From the NCBI GenBank assembly GCA_023231475.1, contig JALJEE010001165.1, positions 1 through 51,955 on the forward strand: DNA of 51,955 bases. Direction: 5' to 3'. Positions 39,901 through 50,886 of the stretch are shown piece after piece; position 1 is the stretch's first letter, and each line of letters begins with the position of its first letter. A program made the translations under genes and the position numbers. The notes below the pieces were generated by a model. It was not told where the DNA came from. It searched no databases and saw only the letters and a program-made list of their open reading frames with translations. The DNA comes from Seison nebaliae (Eukaryota).

Positions 39901-41891
39901 CGGTAGTATCGTTTAGTAGTACGAAAGTAGTTCACTTAACGAATCGATTATTAAATGATTAAATAATGAGAATTTTTAATTGTTTGAATAAAAAATTTTC
40001 CTGGCGAAAGATAAGGATCTCACAAATAGTTTATAAAAAAAGGAAGGAATTCCTGGTCTCATTTAAGCGAATGACGAAATTCCTCTAATTTCCTATAAAT
40101 GATAATTTGATAATTCTTTATCATTCTTACTCAATATGAACGATATTTATAAATGAAATGGAGTTAACTTGGAAATAAGTTCATTATATGAAGTCCATAT
40201 GACTCTAATATGTCGATGAAGTTCACTATAAGTTGGAGTTCAATATTCAAATAAAACTGTCATTAACTTGTAGTGGTTCTCTCTTACAATCAATATGATG
40301 AGTAGACTTCGTGTGAAAACTATTCTCCACGAGTTCAACAGTATTGGTATGACTTATATCAATTCTTATATGTATTACGTTCAACTTCTATCAACTTCAT
40401 AAGTAGTAGAAGTGGAAAATAGTTTGGTGAAAGAGTTATTGGTATAATGAAAGGAAGTTTTCTTCGAATTATTTTTCGAAAAAAGTTTTTTTCTACTATT
40501 AAGAGAATTAAGGAAATAACCTTTGTGAAGTAATGCACACCGGTAAATTGTAATAATGTTGCAACAACGTAAATATTGCACATCATCAGAAAATAATCGA
40601 GTGCTGTTGAGTAAGACACTTTCGGGATATCAGATCGGGAATTCATCGAGATGGTGAACAATGTTAGAACACATGTTACTCCTAATGAATTATCGATTAT
40701 CGAAAATGGAATTTCCATTAATCAAATAATTTTAAACCGATTTGTACGCGATCCGATGTTGCTTCACGGTTAATGAAGAAAGCCACCCAAGACAAAATGA
40801 CAATAAGGAAACAAGGGAAATAGATTTGTATGAGAAAATAGCCGCTATGTCGTTGCAATTCCAAGTTGAGAGATAGTCGAGAGAATAAATCTATTTCCGT
40901 TTAAAATAATAATATCAATTTAAAATTTCCAACCATTATTCACTATCATCGATGAGTTACCATGAAGTAGTCGAATAAGATCGAATTGCGACAATTGAAC
41001 ACCTTTCTCAATTACCACCGGCGATTTCTTCTCCCAAATGTAATGCACGTCCTCCACCGTATAAGAATCTTGAAAAATATATTGAAAATTGAAGTTAAAT
41101 TTAAATTTAGATTTTTTATTGAAAAATTGAACAACTCCCAAAAAATAGAGGACATGTTTGTTTGTCGACTGGAAACTTTTGTAGATGCATTGGACAATTT
41201 GCTTTGATCGTTAATCTAAAAACTATAAAATCGAACTGTTGTGAAAGAAGAGAAACCTGGATGAAAGTAAAATATGACCGTCACGACTTAAACGAACTAA
41301 ACGATTGACAGTCGGTATGGTATGAACATAAGAATCACGACCATTAAAGAAATATGTGTCTGGTCGCCATAAACTATCGATAATTTTACTGCTAATAGAT
41401 AAAGTCTCATTCGAACCAGAATGGCTTAATCGGGAGTCAAGCCAACTCTGTCGAAAATAACAGTCAATGGCGTATGACTATTAGAGTGAATGTATTAGAG
41501 TGAATTATATGAATAAATGATGAACGAGGAAATGAACCATATCCTTCTCTGATATTGGACCTAGACTGTTAATCTGCATACTGACACTTATGGCCAATGG
41601 TTTACCTTGGAAATCTGGACGTAATCGTCTATCATATTTCGATAATAATTCATCCAAAATCTTCGAAATATTATGTGCATGTTGAGATTGACGACTAGTA
41701 GGTTGAAGTGGTCGAGTTGTTAATACTTTCAATGTTTGAGCACTAAGTGGCTGTTGATATATCGATTCGTCGTCGTAGATAGACGAAATATTTTGTAGGG
41801 AATTATAAGAATTTCTTCTTTGTTGATGAATTTGGTAGAAGGAATCCCTACTCAATAATAGAAAGAAAATGATTCCTGAAATTTTCTGCAT
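36917..41891 (-). CDS. Cys-loop ligand-gated ion channel subunit, GABA-A alpha/GRD-like (paralogue B), 7 exons
   Basis: [25 protein letters not shown], Cys-loop [15 protein letters not shown] and FGSYSY. M1-M3 read [48 protein letters not shown]4 reads [21 protein letters not shown]. Intron 38000-40520 is about 2.5 kb. Confidence 0.93.
39094..39174. repeat. Tandem ~15-16-bp repeat (CCATTTGGTAGAC) x5, probable DNA-transposon terminal array, in a receptor intron
   Basis: Five degenerate copies ending ...GTAGACTCCG form a GC-richer island in an AT-rich intron. Confidence 0.7.
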
Positions 41892-42767
41892 TAAAATCTG
41901 ATCTGTTCTAATTAATACAGATGGAATTAATATAATGTAATCGTGTTTACAATTATTCGATAGTTCAAATAAGTTTTCTGCTCATATTAAAGAAATAGAA
42001 AATCAGTATCAATAAGCAATGAAAGAATGAAGCGATCGATTCATGGAGAAATATTTTACGAAATAGATAGAAGATATTTAAATGTCATGCAGGGGCTCGG
42101 TGCAAGTTTTATCTCTCCATTCTTTTCCATTTATGCACATTAAGAAAAATTTTTAACGAATAATTGCTTCAATTGCCTAATAAATATATAAGAGATTGAT
42201 GAATCGATACAATAGTTTCGTCTCCGGCTCATTGAGAATCAGTGAAAGTTATCTTCCAATTATTTGTGAAAAGTTCAAATATTTATCATCGTTTGAATAT
42301 TCCAATCTATTTGTATGTTTCCTTCTATTTTTCCTTCGTCTTTATTTATGCACAAACAACAGATGGATGCAACCGTATCATAACTATTATCATCTCTTCT
42401 GGTTTGTCCATTTCATATGAACTTCCTTCTATCTGTTCAACCAAAATAATTCTTTCTATTCACTACGTCTCATATTGAACTATCATAAATTTCGTTCAGA
42501 ATATTTTTGTTTAATTGCACCATCATATCTGGTTTTATCTGAGAAACTATATTATTGAAAAGGTTACTGGTAAATCGTGAAAGAAGTTGATTAAGATGAA
42601 AAAAGATTATCAATTAGAATTATTAAAAAAAAATATTTTTTTTTGAAAATGAAAAGATCAATACTAATGATGGATAATAATATACAATTATCATTCTAAT
42701 GATATAAGTTTCAACCGAAATGATTTAGTCAATAACTGATGAATTATTTAAAGAAAAAAAACAGAAA

Positions 42768-45192
42768 TTAACAAATATAAATATACCAATAAAATATGTT
42801 AAGAATGACGAAACTGAGAGGAAAAGCGACACGTGAAAAACTGTCAAGTTTACTCAGACTGTTGATTCCTGTCGCATCAGCACGAGCAGTTAATTTTTGT
42901 TTGTATTTTGCATCACCCAAAAAGCAATGAAATATGTCAATTACGAGACGTTTGATTATCTCCGTTATTTTCTGTTGATTTCTATCAGGTTTACTCCGAT
43001 TCAGCAGATACATTACAGTTTTCCTTTTTAATTCTCTTGTATTCGATTCCGATGTAGTTGACGAGTTACTACTCGATCGTGATAACATATTAAATGGTGA
43101 GTCATTCTTAATTCTTATGTCATTGTCGGTATCGCTAATATTTCCGGTATAAATTCCATCATGTGAAAATGTCGTTTCTTCCCCACTCATTTTATGCAAT
43201 TCTTTTCTTCCAAATCGTTTTGATTCCTTTCCTTTTTTTACCGGATTTAATTGACTCGGAGATTCATTTGTTTCATTATATAAGAATGCACTTTCATTCA
43301 ATAAAACATTCTTTTTCTTCAAACCATTCGCCAATGGGCGTTTAGACAGTACTTCACTGGTTGTCAGTCCAATTGCCAATCCACTTGTTATCTCTATCGA
43401 CTTTTTATCTAACGATATTTTTTTTTGTTGATGAAATTTTTGGATTTGATCTAAACTTTCTATCGAAACTCCAGTACCTAATAAAGATGCAGATTTTGGT
43501 ATGAAAAATTTGACATTAGTCTCCTTCATATTCGAAAGATGCTTTGAGTTATTAAAATTTTTTATAATTCTTCTATTTGACAAATGTTTCAACGATAATT
43601 TTCTTCGGACAGTCACTGTTGTTGTTCGTTCCTGGAAAGGTAGTGACGATTGAGATAAGGAGGAACAGGAGGAAGAACAGGAAAGTGGTAAGGAGAAGAA
43701 ATATTTTACGTTTAATTTCGTTCTATTAATTTTCGATGTTTGTTTCTGAATAATTCTCCCATTAGCCAATTCGTCAATTTCACGAAAGCTAAGACGTTTC
43801 GATTTCACTGAATCGTCCAAAGATCGTTTTTCAACGACATTCTCTTCCGAACCATGTGATTGACGTACTGCTGGATATTCGAGACCTTCCATCTGATTAA
43901 GAAAATCATCATCGAACATATCGATACGAGTAATTGGATTCTCTCTACATTTCAATCCTGGTTTTACATTCATATCACCATAACCGATTTTAGTAAAATA
44001 ATGAACACCAGTAAATTGTAATAAAGATGCAACGACATATGTATTGCACATCATGAGGAACCAATCCAATGCGGTTGAGTAAGAAACTTTAGGGATATCT
44101 CCACGACAATCCATCGATATTGTTGCCAGACTAAGAACACATGTGATTCCAATACAAACTCGATCGGATGTCGCTTCTCGATTAATGAAAAAGGCAACCC
44201 AAGACAGAATGACAATTAAGAAACATGGCAAATAAATTTGAATTAAAAAATATCCGGTATGTCTTTGTAATTGCAATTCTAACATGAGTTTCGAATATCG
44301 ATCTATAAAATATTGTTATTGAATTATTCAATTCTATAAAACTATTAACCATAAGAAATATACATTGTGGTGTTACTATTAATTATTCGAACTAAATCAA
44401 ATTGAGACATTAATACTTTCTTCTCAATAGTTACTGGTGATTCATCCTCCCATTCATATCTCACATCATCCTCAGTATATCCATCTGAAATGAGGAAATG
44501 AAAACATTTAATTTTTTAATAAACATTACAAACAACTGCCAAAATATAAGGGACAATTTTGACTGTCAACAGGAAACTTCTCCAAATGCATCGGACAATT
44601 AGCGATTATTGTCAATCTGTTTTCATACAATTTATAAATATTTATTACCATACATGATAAACAAGAAAAGAAACCTAGATGACATAAGAATCGAACCATC
44701 ATTCTCTAATCGAATAAGACGATTAACTGTAGGAATTTTGTGGAGGAATGAATTTCGACCATTAAAAAAATATGTGTCAGGTCTCCATAAATACTCCAAT
44801 ATTCGATTATTGATTGCTAATGTGCCATTTGGTCCGTTGTAGCTTAACCTTGTATCTTTCCAACTTTGACGGAAATAACAATCCATCGCATAAGACTATG
44901 AAACGAAAGAGAAAATTTAATTTTAACAAAATAAAAGAGTCACCATATCTTTCTCGGAGATTGGACCAATACTATTGATGTGCATACTCACTTTAATCGA
45001 TAACGGACTATCTAGAAAACTGGGACGTAGCCGTTGATCATAATTTTCGAGTAATTCAGTGAGTAGTGACGAAATTTCTTCGGCAGGAAGTTTCTGCCTG
45101 TCAACAACAATAAAAGATGTCACGTTTGACGTTCGAACTGAACTTACGAAAATCGAAATTAAACAAAGACATTTAGGTAAAATTGACAACAT
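42768..45192 (-). CDS. Cys-loop ligand-gated ion channel subunit, GABA-A alpha/GRD-like (paralogue A), 5 exons
   Basis: Signal peptide, [25 protein letters not shown], Cys-loop [15 protein letters not shown] and FGSYGY. The TM region reads [18 protein letters not shown] and [12 protein letters not shown] (GRD-like QF..VHY.TK), with M4 [13 protein letters not shown]. Confidence 0.94.
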
Positions 45193-46829
45193 TTTCTAAT
45201 TGGGAAGCAAATGTGAAGAAGTTAATGTAGTTGATGAAAATGAAAATTAAAGGAGAATCAATAAAATGACAAATGTTCATAATATTCATATTCCCACCAA
45301 TTATTCATGAATGTTGCACAATGTATGCATGAAACGGATGTATATTCAAGGAATTCTTCCACAATAAAATTAGCTTCATATTCTCCTTCCGATTTCTACA
45401 TCTAATAATTTCCATCATATTACAAGCACGCTAATCTACAAACGGAAAAAAAAATAAATTAAGAAACGACGAACATTTTTCTTATTCTCCAGACTTGTTC
45501 CTAAATTAATTAATCTTATTCAATCCAATCTTCTATTATCATTAAATATGATTTAGTTTGGGTAGTGGAAGAGAATTTATAATCCGCTTATGCGATCTGC
45601 CACTATATGTCGTTTCGTAAGAAATATCTGTCGAAAAGATTTTCTTTCGATTATGGAAGAACGATAATGTCATTATCAATTATAATGATCAAATAAGTTT
45701 TCTATATGATTAGCTTTTGGCAAATCTCAATTATTGATCTTTATTTCCGTCTCATCAACTTAACATAATGAAGAAATTTATACAATATATTGTAGATATT
45801 CTGAATCATTCATCTTCATTACTCGAAATTGATGTATTTATTCCTCCTTCATATTCTCATCAATATATATATATATTTCTCTTTTTTTCAGAAATGCAAT
45901 TTGGACAATTTTAACTTTTGTTGATCGATCTCATCCTTTGTCGTCAATGATACGAAATCTCTAAACGTTCATAATATTTATATATTAATTATATATATTA
46001 TGTTATGTATTTTTAGCACTTTTATTTTCAAGTACTTTTCTAACAAGATTTGAGAGTACATTTTAGTTCCTTCAGAGTACATTTATCCAAAAAAAGATCA
46101 TCCAAAATAGTTTTTCAGGTATTCAATTATACGACTGGAGTAAAAATTACAATTTCCGAAATTTTGGATGGGATAAATAATGATTACGAACTATAAGTCA
46201 AGATGAATAATTTTGAAAGAAAATTAACGTCTTTCTGTATGATGTAAATAGTGTAATAGCTCAATGTAATTATCTATTGTGGGAATAATTACACGATATT
46301 ATACTTGGTAAATGAAGGAAAGTCCTCGTCAGTCTCGTAAACAATAGCAGAAATAATTATGTGTACAACTCCTCCCAATGGAGAAGGATTCATTTTTCAA
46401 TATATTCCATTGACAATTTGTACGTCTAAAACGATTATCTCACAAATTCTTTCTTTCTCCATTTATCGTTCTCGAAACACGAAACATAATGGAACGATAA
46501 CGAATATAACAAATATTCGTTATCATTCCAAAATTGCTGAAGTTTAGCAATTATATATTATATTTTTTCAATATTAACAATATATTATATTTAAGAGAGT
46601 ATCGAAATTACTCTTTAAACTAAATTTAGAATTAAAAAATGAGAAAAGTTTAAATGATAAACATTTTATTGTAAGAAAAACAGAAAATTAAAAAACTATT
46701 CTGATGAATTTTGAGAGTTTTCTTTTAATAACAAATTTGAAATTTGAAGAGAATGAGTGAATGATGGAATAACAAGGGAAATGAAATAATTGTATAAAAA
46801 TTCTCAATGTTTAACGAAGATAAATAGAA

Positions 46830-48188
46830 TTATGCTAAACATGCCACTTCGTTAATATCACAACGTTCTTTAATGTCGCTCATTATCGATTGATAAATAC
46901 CGGATGTTTCCAATATGTGTAATTCATTAAGAATATTCGTCAGTTCTTTCAATAAAAATATTTTCATGAAATTACAAAGAATCTGTACATCATCATATGA
47001 GATTGCATTGTAGATGGATGCTCGAATTCCTCCAACCGAACGATGTCCTTTCAATTGCATCATTCCTTCCTCTTCCGTTAATCTCAGGAATTTGCTTTCC
47101 AACTTATCATCATATTCTTCTTCATTCGAATCAACTTCTAATTCGATTTTCTTCTCTTTCATATTCTCCAGATGACTGATTTTCGCATTAATACAATGTC
47201 GCTTGACGAATTCCTTCAAATTCTTTCGACTGATACGAAATGGAATATTCATTGTTGATCGTGAACCATCTTCAACGTTGGCTGAATAGAAACCAGCCGA
47301 ATTGTCGATAATTGTATAGAGTGAAAATGCTTTCTTTTCATTTCTATGTTGGATATCTAAGAGACTTCCATGAGAACCATTCTCTAACCATCTCAACACT
47401 TTCAACATCATATAAACGCTGAAAGTGGAAGGAGTATTATGGACAGAATTATTCGAAGTAATCACTTCCCAATCTAAGACACTTGGACAAAAATTCATTG
47501 CACGTCCAATCAAATCTTCTCGTACTATCAGGATTGTTACACCTGCCGGTCCCAAGTTCTTTTGAGCTCCCGCAAATAATACACCGAATTTTGATACATC
47601 AAAATCTTTTGAAAGAATATTTGATGATATATCACCAACTAACACCGTTTTGGAATTAGGCTTCACATCATATAATTCATTTATATATTCCATCGGAAAT
47701 TCAACACCATGAACAGTTTCGTTGACACATAAATAAATGTAATCAGCATTACTCGATAAATTTCCTTTAAATGATTCGATTGACGGTAATTTTGTGTATT
47801 GTTTCGTCGTTCTTTTATCCATCACCACATTGACATTGTCACAGTATTTTTTCGCTTCTCCTGCTGCTTTCGCGCTCCAACTGCCACTAACTAAATAATC
47901 GACATGATGATCTTTCTTTGTCAAATTCATAGGAATTGCTGAAAATTGTCCACTGCCACCACCTTGACAAAACATAATTTTATAATTATTGGGAATTCCC
48001 ATTAACTGTCTAAGCAGTTGTTGTGCATCTTTATTCGTCTTCGTATAATGAGCACCTCGATGAGATAATTCCATGAAATTCATTCCCGTCCCTTCATAAT
48101 CATAAAACTCTCGATAAGCTTCATTTAAAACGCATCTGGGTATCGTTGATGGACCGGCAGCAAAATTTATAACTCGACGATTTGACAT
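46830..48188 (-). CDS. PSAT1: Phosphoserine aminotransferase, intronless
   Basis: INFAAGP, MELSHR, QGGGSGQFSAIPMNL, NETVHGVEF, the PLP lysine motif FAGAQKNLGPAG, and LKGHRSVGGIRASIYNA. Confidence 0.97.
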   Translation of the reverse strand: MSNRRVINFAAGPSTIPRCVLNEAYREFYDYEGTGMNFMELSHRGAHYTKTNKDAQQLLRQLMGIPNNYKIMFCQGGGSGQFSAIPMNLTKKDHHVDYLVSGSWSAKAAGEAKKYCDNVNVVMDKRTTKQYTKLPSIESFKGNLSSNADYIYLCVNETVHGVEFPMEYINELYDVKPNSKTVLVGDISSNILSKDFDVSKFGVLFAGAQKNLGPAGVTILIVREDLIGRAMNFCPSVLDWEVITSNNSVHNTPSTFSVYMMLKVLRWLENGSHGSLLDIQHRNEKKAFSLYTIIDNSAGFYSANVEDGSRSTMNIPFRISRKNLKEFVKRHCINAKISHLENMKEKKIELEVDSNEEEYDDKLESKFLRLTEEEGMMQLKGHRSVGGIRASIYNAISYDDVQILCNFMKIFLLKELTNILNELHILETSGIYQSIMSDIKERCDINEVACLA

Positions 48189-48536
48189 AATTGAATTGGG
48201 TAGAAATGAAGAAGAACTAATACACTTTTCGAATTGATATGTAAATAGAAAATTCTATTCGATTAAGTTACTGTTAAAATTGCTGGGAATTTATAGTAAG
48301 TTCTCTAGTGAAACAAATTGAAAGTCAGTATGATCAGTCCATGTATTCTTCTCGACCTTGTTCCACTTTCGATGCTTTCCAAACACATATCAACATCGAA
48401 ACAAGGAAGAAGGAATGAAATAAAATTGAAAATACTATGCAATCTTACACGTTCTTTTCACGATTTCACACACACATTAAACAACCTTCTCTACATACAT
48501 ACCTCATCATATGACATTACATATATATATCACTCA

Positions 48537-48560
48537 CCACACACACACACACACACACAC
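48537..48560. repeat. (CA)n microsatellite
   Basis: Read directly. Confidence 0.85.
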
Positions 48561-49148
48561 TACATACACGTCTGTCATTCTTAAATGAGTAGCAACTGGT
48601 TATACGCAGAAGATTTGGGGAAAATGTTGTGCCGATTATTCTACATGTCTATATGTACCATACACGTGTGTGTACCACTAGTTCCATACAAACACCGTTT
48701 TCATTTATGTCTAGTGATCGTAGTAGAAGTTTAAGAGAAAAAAATGCTAATTCATATCCATTGACCATTTTTTGCTATGGAATAATTTATGTATTCTGTC
48801 AAGTTCATTTAAACGATGCAAAAATTTGCAAACGAAATTTCGCGCTCGTTTCCTATGAGCTTCTAATTTTTATTAAGACCTTTCATTAATTCGAACCACT
48901 TCCATTTGTCTCATTCTTTCCTTCTATTTACTTTTTTCTTCCACAATTTCTTCTTCCTAGAATTCCTTGTTCAATATTATTTATCTGTATACAGGTGTCA
49001 ATTTCTCAATTGAGAAGTTGCTTTTTTTTCAAAGTTATTTGCCAAAAAAAGTTTCGTTAAAAGTTTTATAATCAATATTAGAATCTAATTTTCCACTTTT
49101 CTGCCCTATGGCAGATTGTCCTATTTTTAACAAGTGAGACAACGGTAC

Positions 49149-49428
49149 ACGGTGATTTCGCCACGGTGTTTTGTTCAAAACGGTGATTTTGCCACCCATA
49201 AAACGGTGATTTCGCAACCTTTCTGTGGGAAAACGGTGATTTTGCCACCCTGTTTTATCAAAAACGGTGATTTCGCCACCTTTTTGTAAGAAAACGGTCA
49301 ATTCGCCACCCTGTTTTAATAAAAACGGTGATTTCGCCACCCTTCTTTTATCGAATATGGGTGGTGAAATCACCGTTTGTATATATAAAAGGTGGCGAAA
49401 TCACCGTTTTTAATAAAACAGGGTGGCA
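49149..49428. repeat. ~30-bp-period array of AAAACGGTGATTTCGCCACC: 7 forward copies, then 2 full and 1 partial inverted copies
   Basis: Forward units near 49149, 49177, 49200, 49230, 49261, 49291 and 49322; inverted units near 49359, 49391 and 49421. Confidence 0.92.
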
Positions 49429-49911
49429 AAAAAAATATTTATTTTTAAGATGCATTTTATTTTCCTTGAACTATCTTCATTTTTTCTTAATCTGGAAGAT
49501 TTATTTAGGAAGATTTATGTATTAGGTTGTTAAATTTCAAATATTAAATTTTGCAAATATCTTTAAAATTGACAATTTAATGCACCTCCTATGCAAGAAA
49601 TACTGAGCTTCTTGAAGCTATGTCGAAAATTTTTATTTTAAATTCTTAAACTTAGCTTTTTATCTTGACTCTTATATTGTAATAAATTTTTTCGAAACAT
49701 GAACCCTCCATTCTTTGTTCCCGAATTTCCCACTTACGAATCATCCACGGTCTCCATGTCCAACAGTGGAATTTGTGAAGTTCCTAATTGTTTTTTGCCT
49801 CCTGTCGAATTTCCCACGTACGAGTTTCCCAGTGAAATAAACACAAGTTGAAATTATTTGCTTCATTCCATTACGCTTCCAAATTCTAATTTCACCAATT
49901 CACCAACTACC

Positions 49912-50886
49912 ATGTCAACAAAAGAAATCCTAACGCAACATAGAACGGCAGTGGCAGAAGGAAAACGAAGAGCCAGCGCAACTGAGGGAAATATTCACCG
50001 TTACCGCCAAGATGAAAGATGCCAGAAGCTTTATGACTGTTGCATAAGTGAGGAGAAATTCAAAATATATTATTCGAACAGCATCGAAAAAGAAGAGTTT
50101 GTGGGAAAGCATAAGTTTATGGATGGGGCATTTAAAAAATGTCCCCTTAATTATGCTCAATTATTCGTTATTGGATTCTTATTAAACGACCGCTTTGTCG
50201 TTCCGTTCTATATATTAATGAAAGATCGACGAAAGGCATCATATTTATCATTGTTCAAGATTCTTGAACATCAATTTCAATTAAATCCAATGGGCATAAC
50301 ATCGGATTTTGAGCAAGGATCGATTAAGGCCGCCGAAGAAATATTTTCTGGAACAATTTTACATGGATGTTTCTTCCATTTAACGCAAACGGTAAATCGG
50401 CAAATGATAAATCTGGGTTTGCGCCAAGAACACTCAAAAAGCAAAGAGTTTGCTTTTGAGGTTAGAAAACTGTCATATCTGTCATTTATCCCGGTTGAAT
50501 TAATTGAACCTTCGTTCCGAAAATTAAAGGAGACATGCTCAGCGGCGGCATCTCCTTTATTCGATTATTTCGAGGATACTTACATTAGTCCAACTAACCC
50601 ATCGCACTATCCACCAAAATTTTGGTGCAATTACGATCGGGTATTAAACGATCTTCCAAGATCCAACAACCTAATGGAAGGAAAAAATAATTCGTTGAAT
50701 CATCTTATTAAAATTGATTCTCCTTCAGTTGAATTTTATGAAAATTGGTTAATCAAATGTTTTGATAATGAAGATCTTCAATTCAAATTATATAAAAAAG
50801 GAGAAAAAAAGAAGAATCAAAAAAGAATTGAAAAAAGACGAAAAATTGAAAACACTGGTAAAAAAACTTTCAATGTGATAATTTAA
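49912..50886 (+). CDS. MULE transposase (DDE), N-terminal region apparently shortened
   Basis: FMDGAFK..P..YAQLF (D1), TSDFE (D2), GCFFHLTQ (CxxH), YFEDTYI and PRSNNLMEG (E). The first in-frame ATG is at 49912. Confidence 0.88.
   Translation: MSTKEILTQHRTAVAEGKRRASATEGNIHRYRQDERCQKLYDCCISEEKFKIYYSNSIEKEEFVGKHKFMDGAFKKCPLNYAQLFVIGFLLNDRFVVPFYILMKDRRKASYLSLFKILEHQFQLNPMGITSDFEQGSIKAAEEIFSGTILHGCFFHLTQTVNRQMINLGLRQEHSKSKEFAFEVRKLSYLSFIPVELIEPSFRKLKETCSAAASPLFDYFEDTYISPTNPSHYPPKFWCNYDRVLNDLPRSNNLMEGKNNSLNHLIKIDSPSVEFYENWLIKCFDNEDLQFKLYKKGEKKKNQKRIEKRRKIENTGKKTFNVII

Noticed and set aside
46359..46547. 62-aa ORF between receptor A and PSAT1
   Set aside because: No recognisable motif and no supporting exon chain on either strand.
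46830..48188. Bacterial horizontal transfer of the intronless aminotransferase
   Set aside because: Its motifs are compatible with animal PSAT1, base composition matches the host, and other clearly eukaryotic genes here (KDM4, F-box) are also intronless. A phylogeny would be needed to claim HGT.
49149..49428. CRISPR-like array of ~20-bp repeats
   Set aside because: The spacers are only about 3-11 nt and resemble each other, the units invert, no cas genes are present, the context is eukaryotic, and the unit recurs at the far end of a MULE transposase.
49035..49525. ORFs with repeated GGEITVF peptides
   Set aside because: They are translations of the transposon's terminal repeat array.
339..50160. 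Many short ORFs in the track antisense to or out of frame with real genes (e.g. 339-521, 1902-2144, 8065-8361, 12151-12411, 22831-23662, 29207-29566, 49930-50160)
   Set aside because: They are shadow frames of coding or low-complexity sequence with no recognisable motifs.
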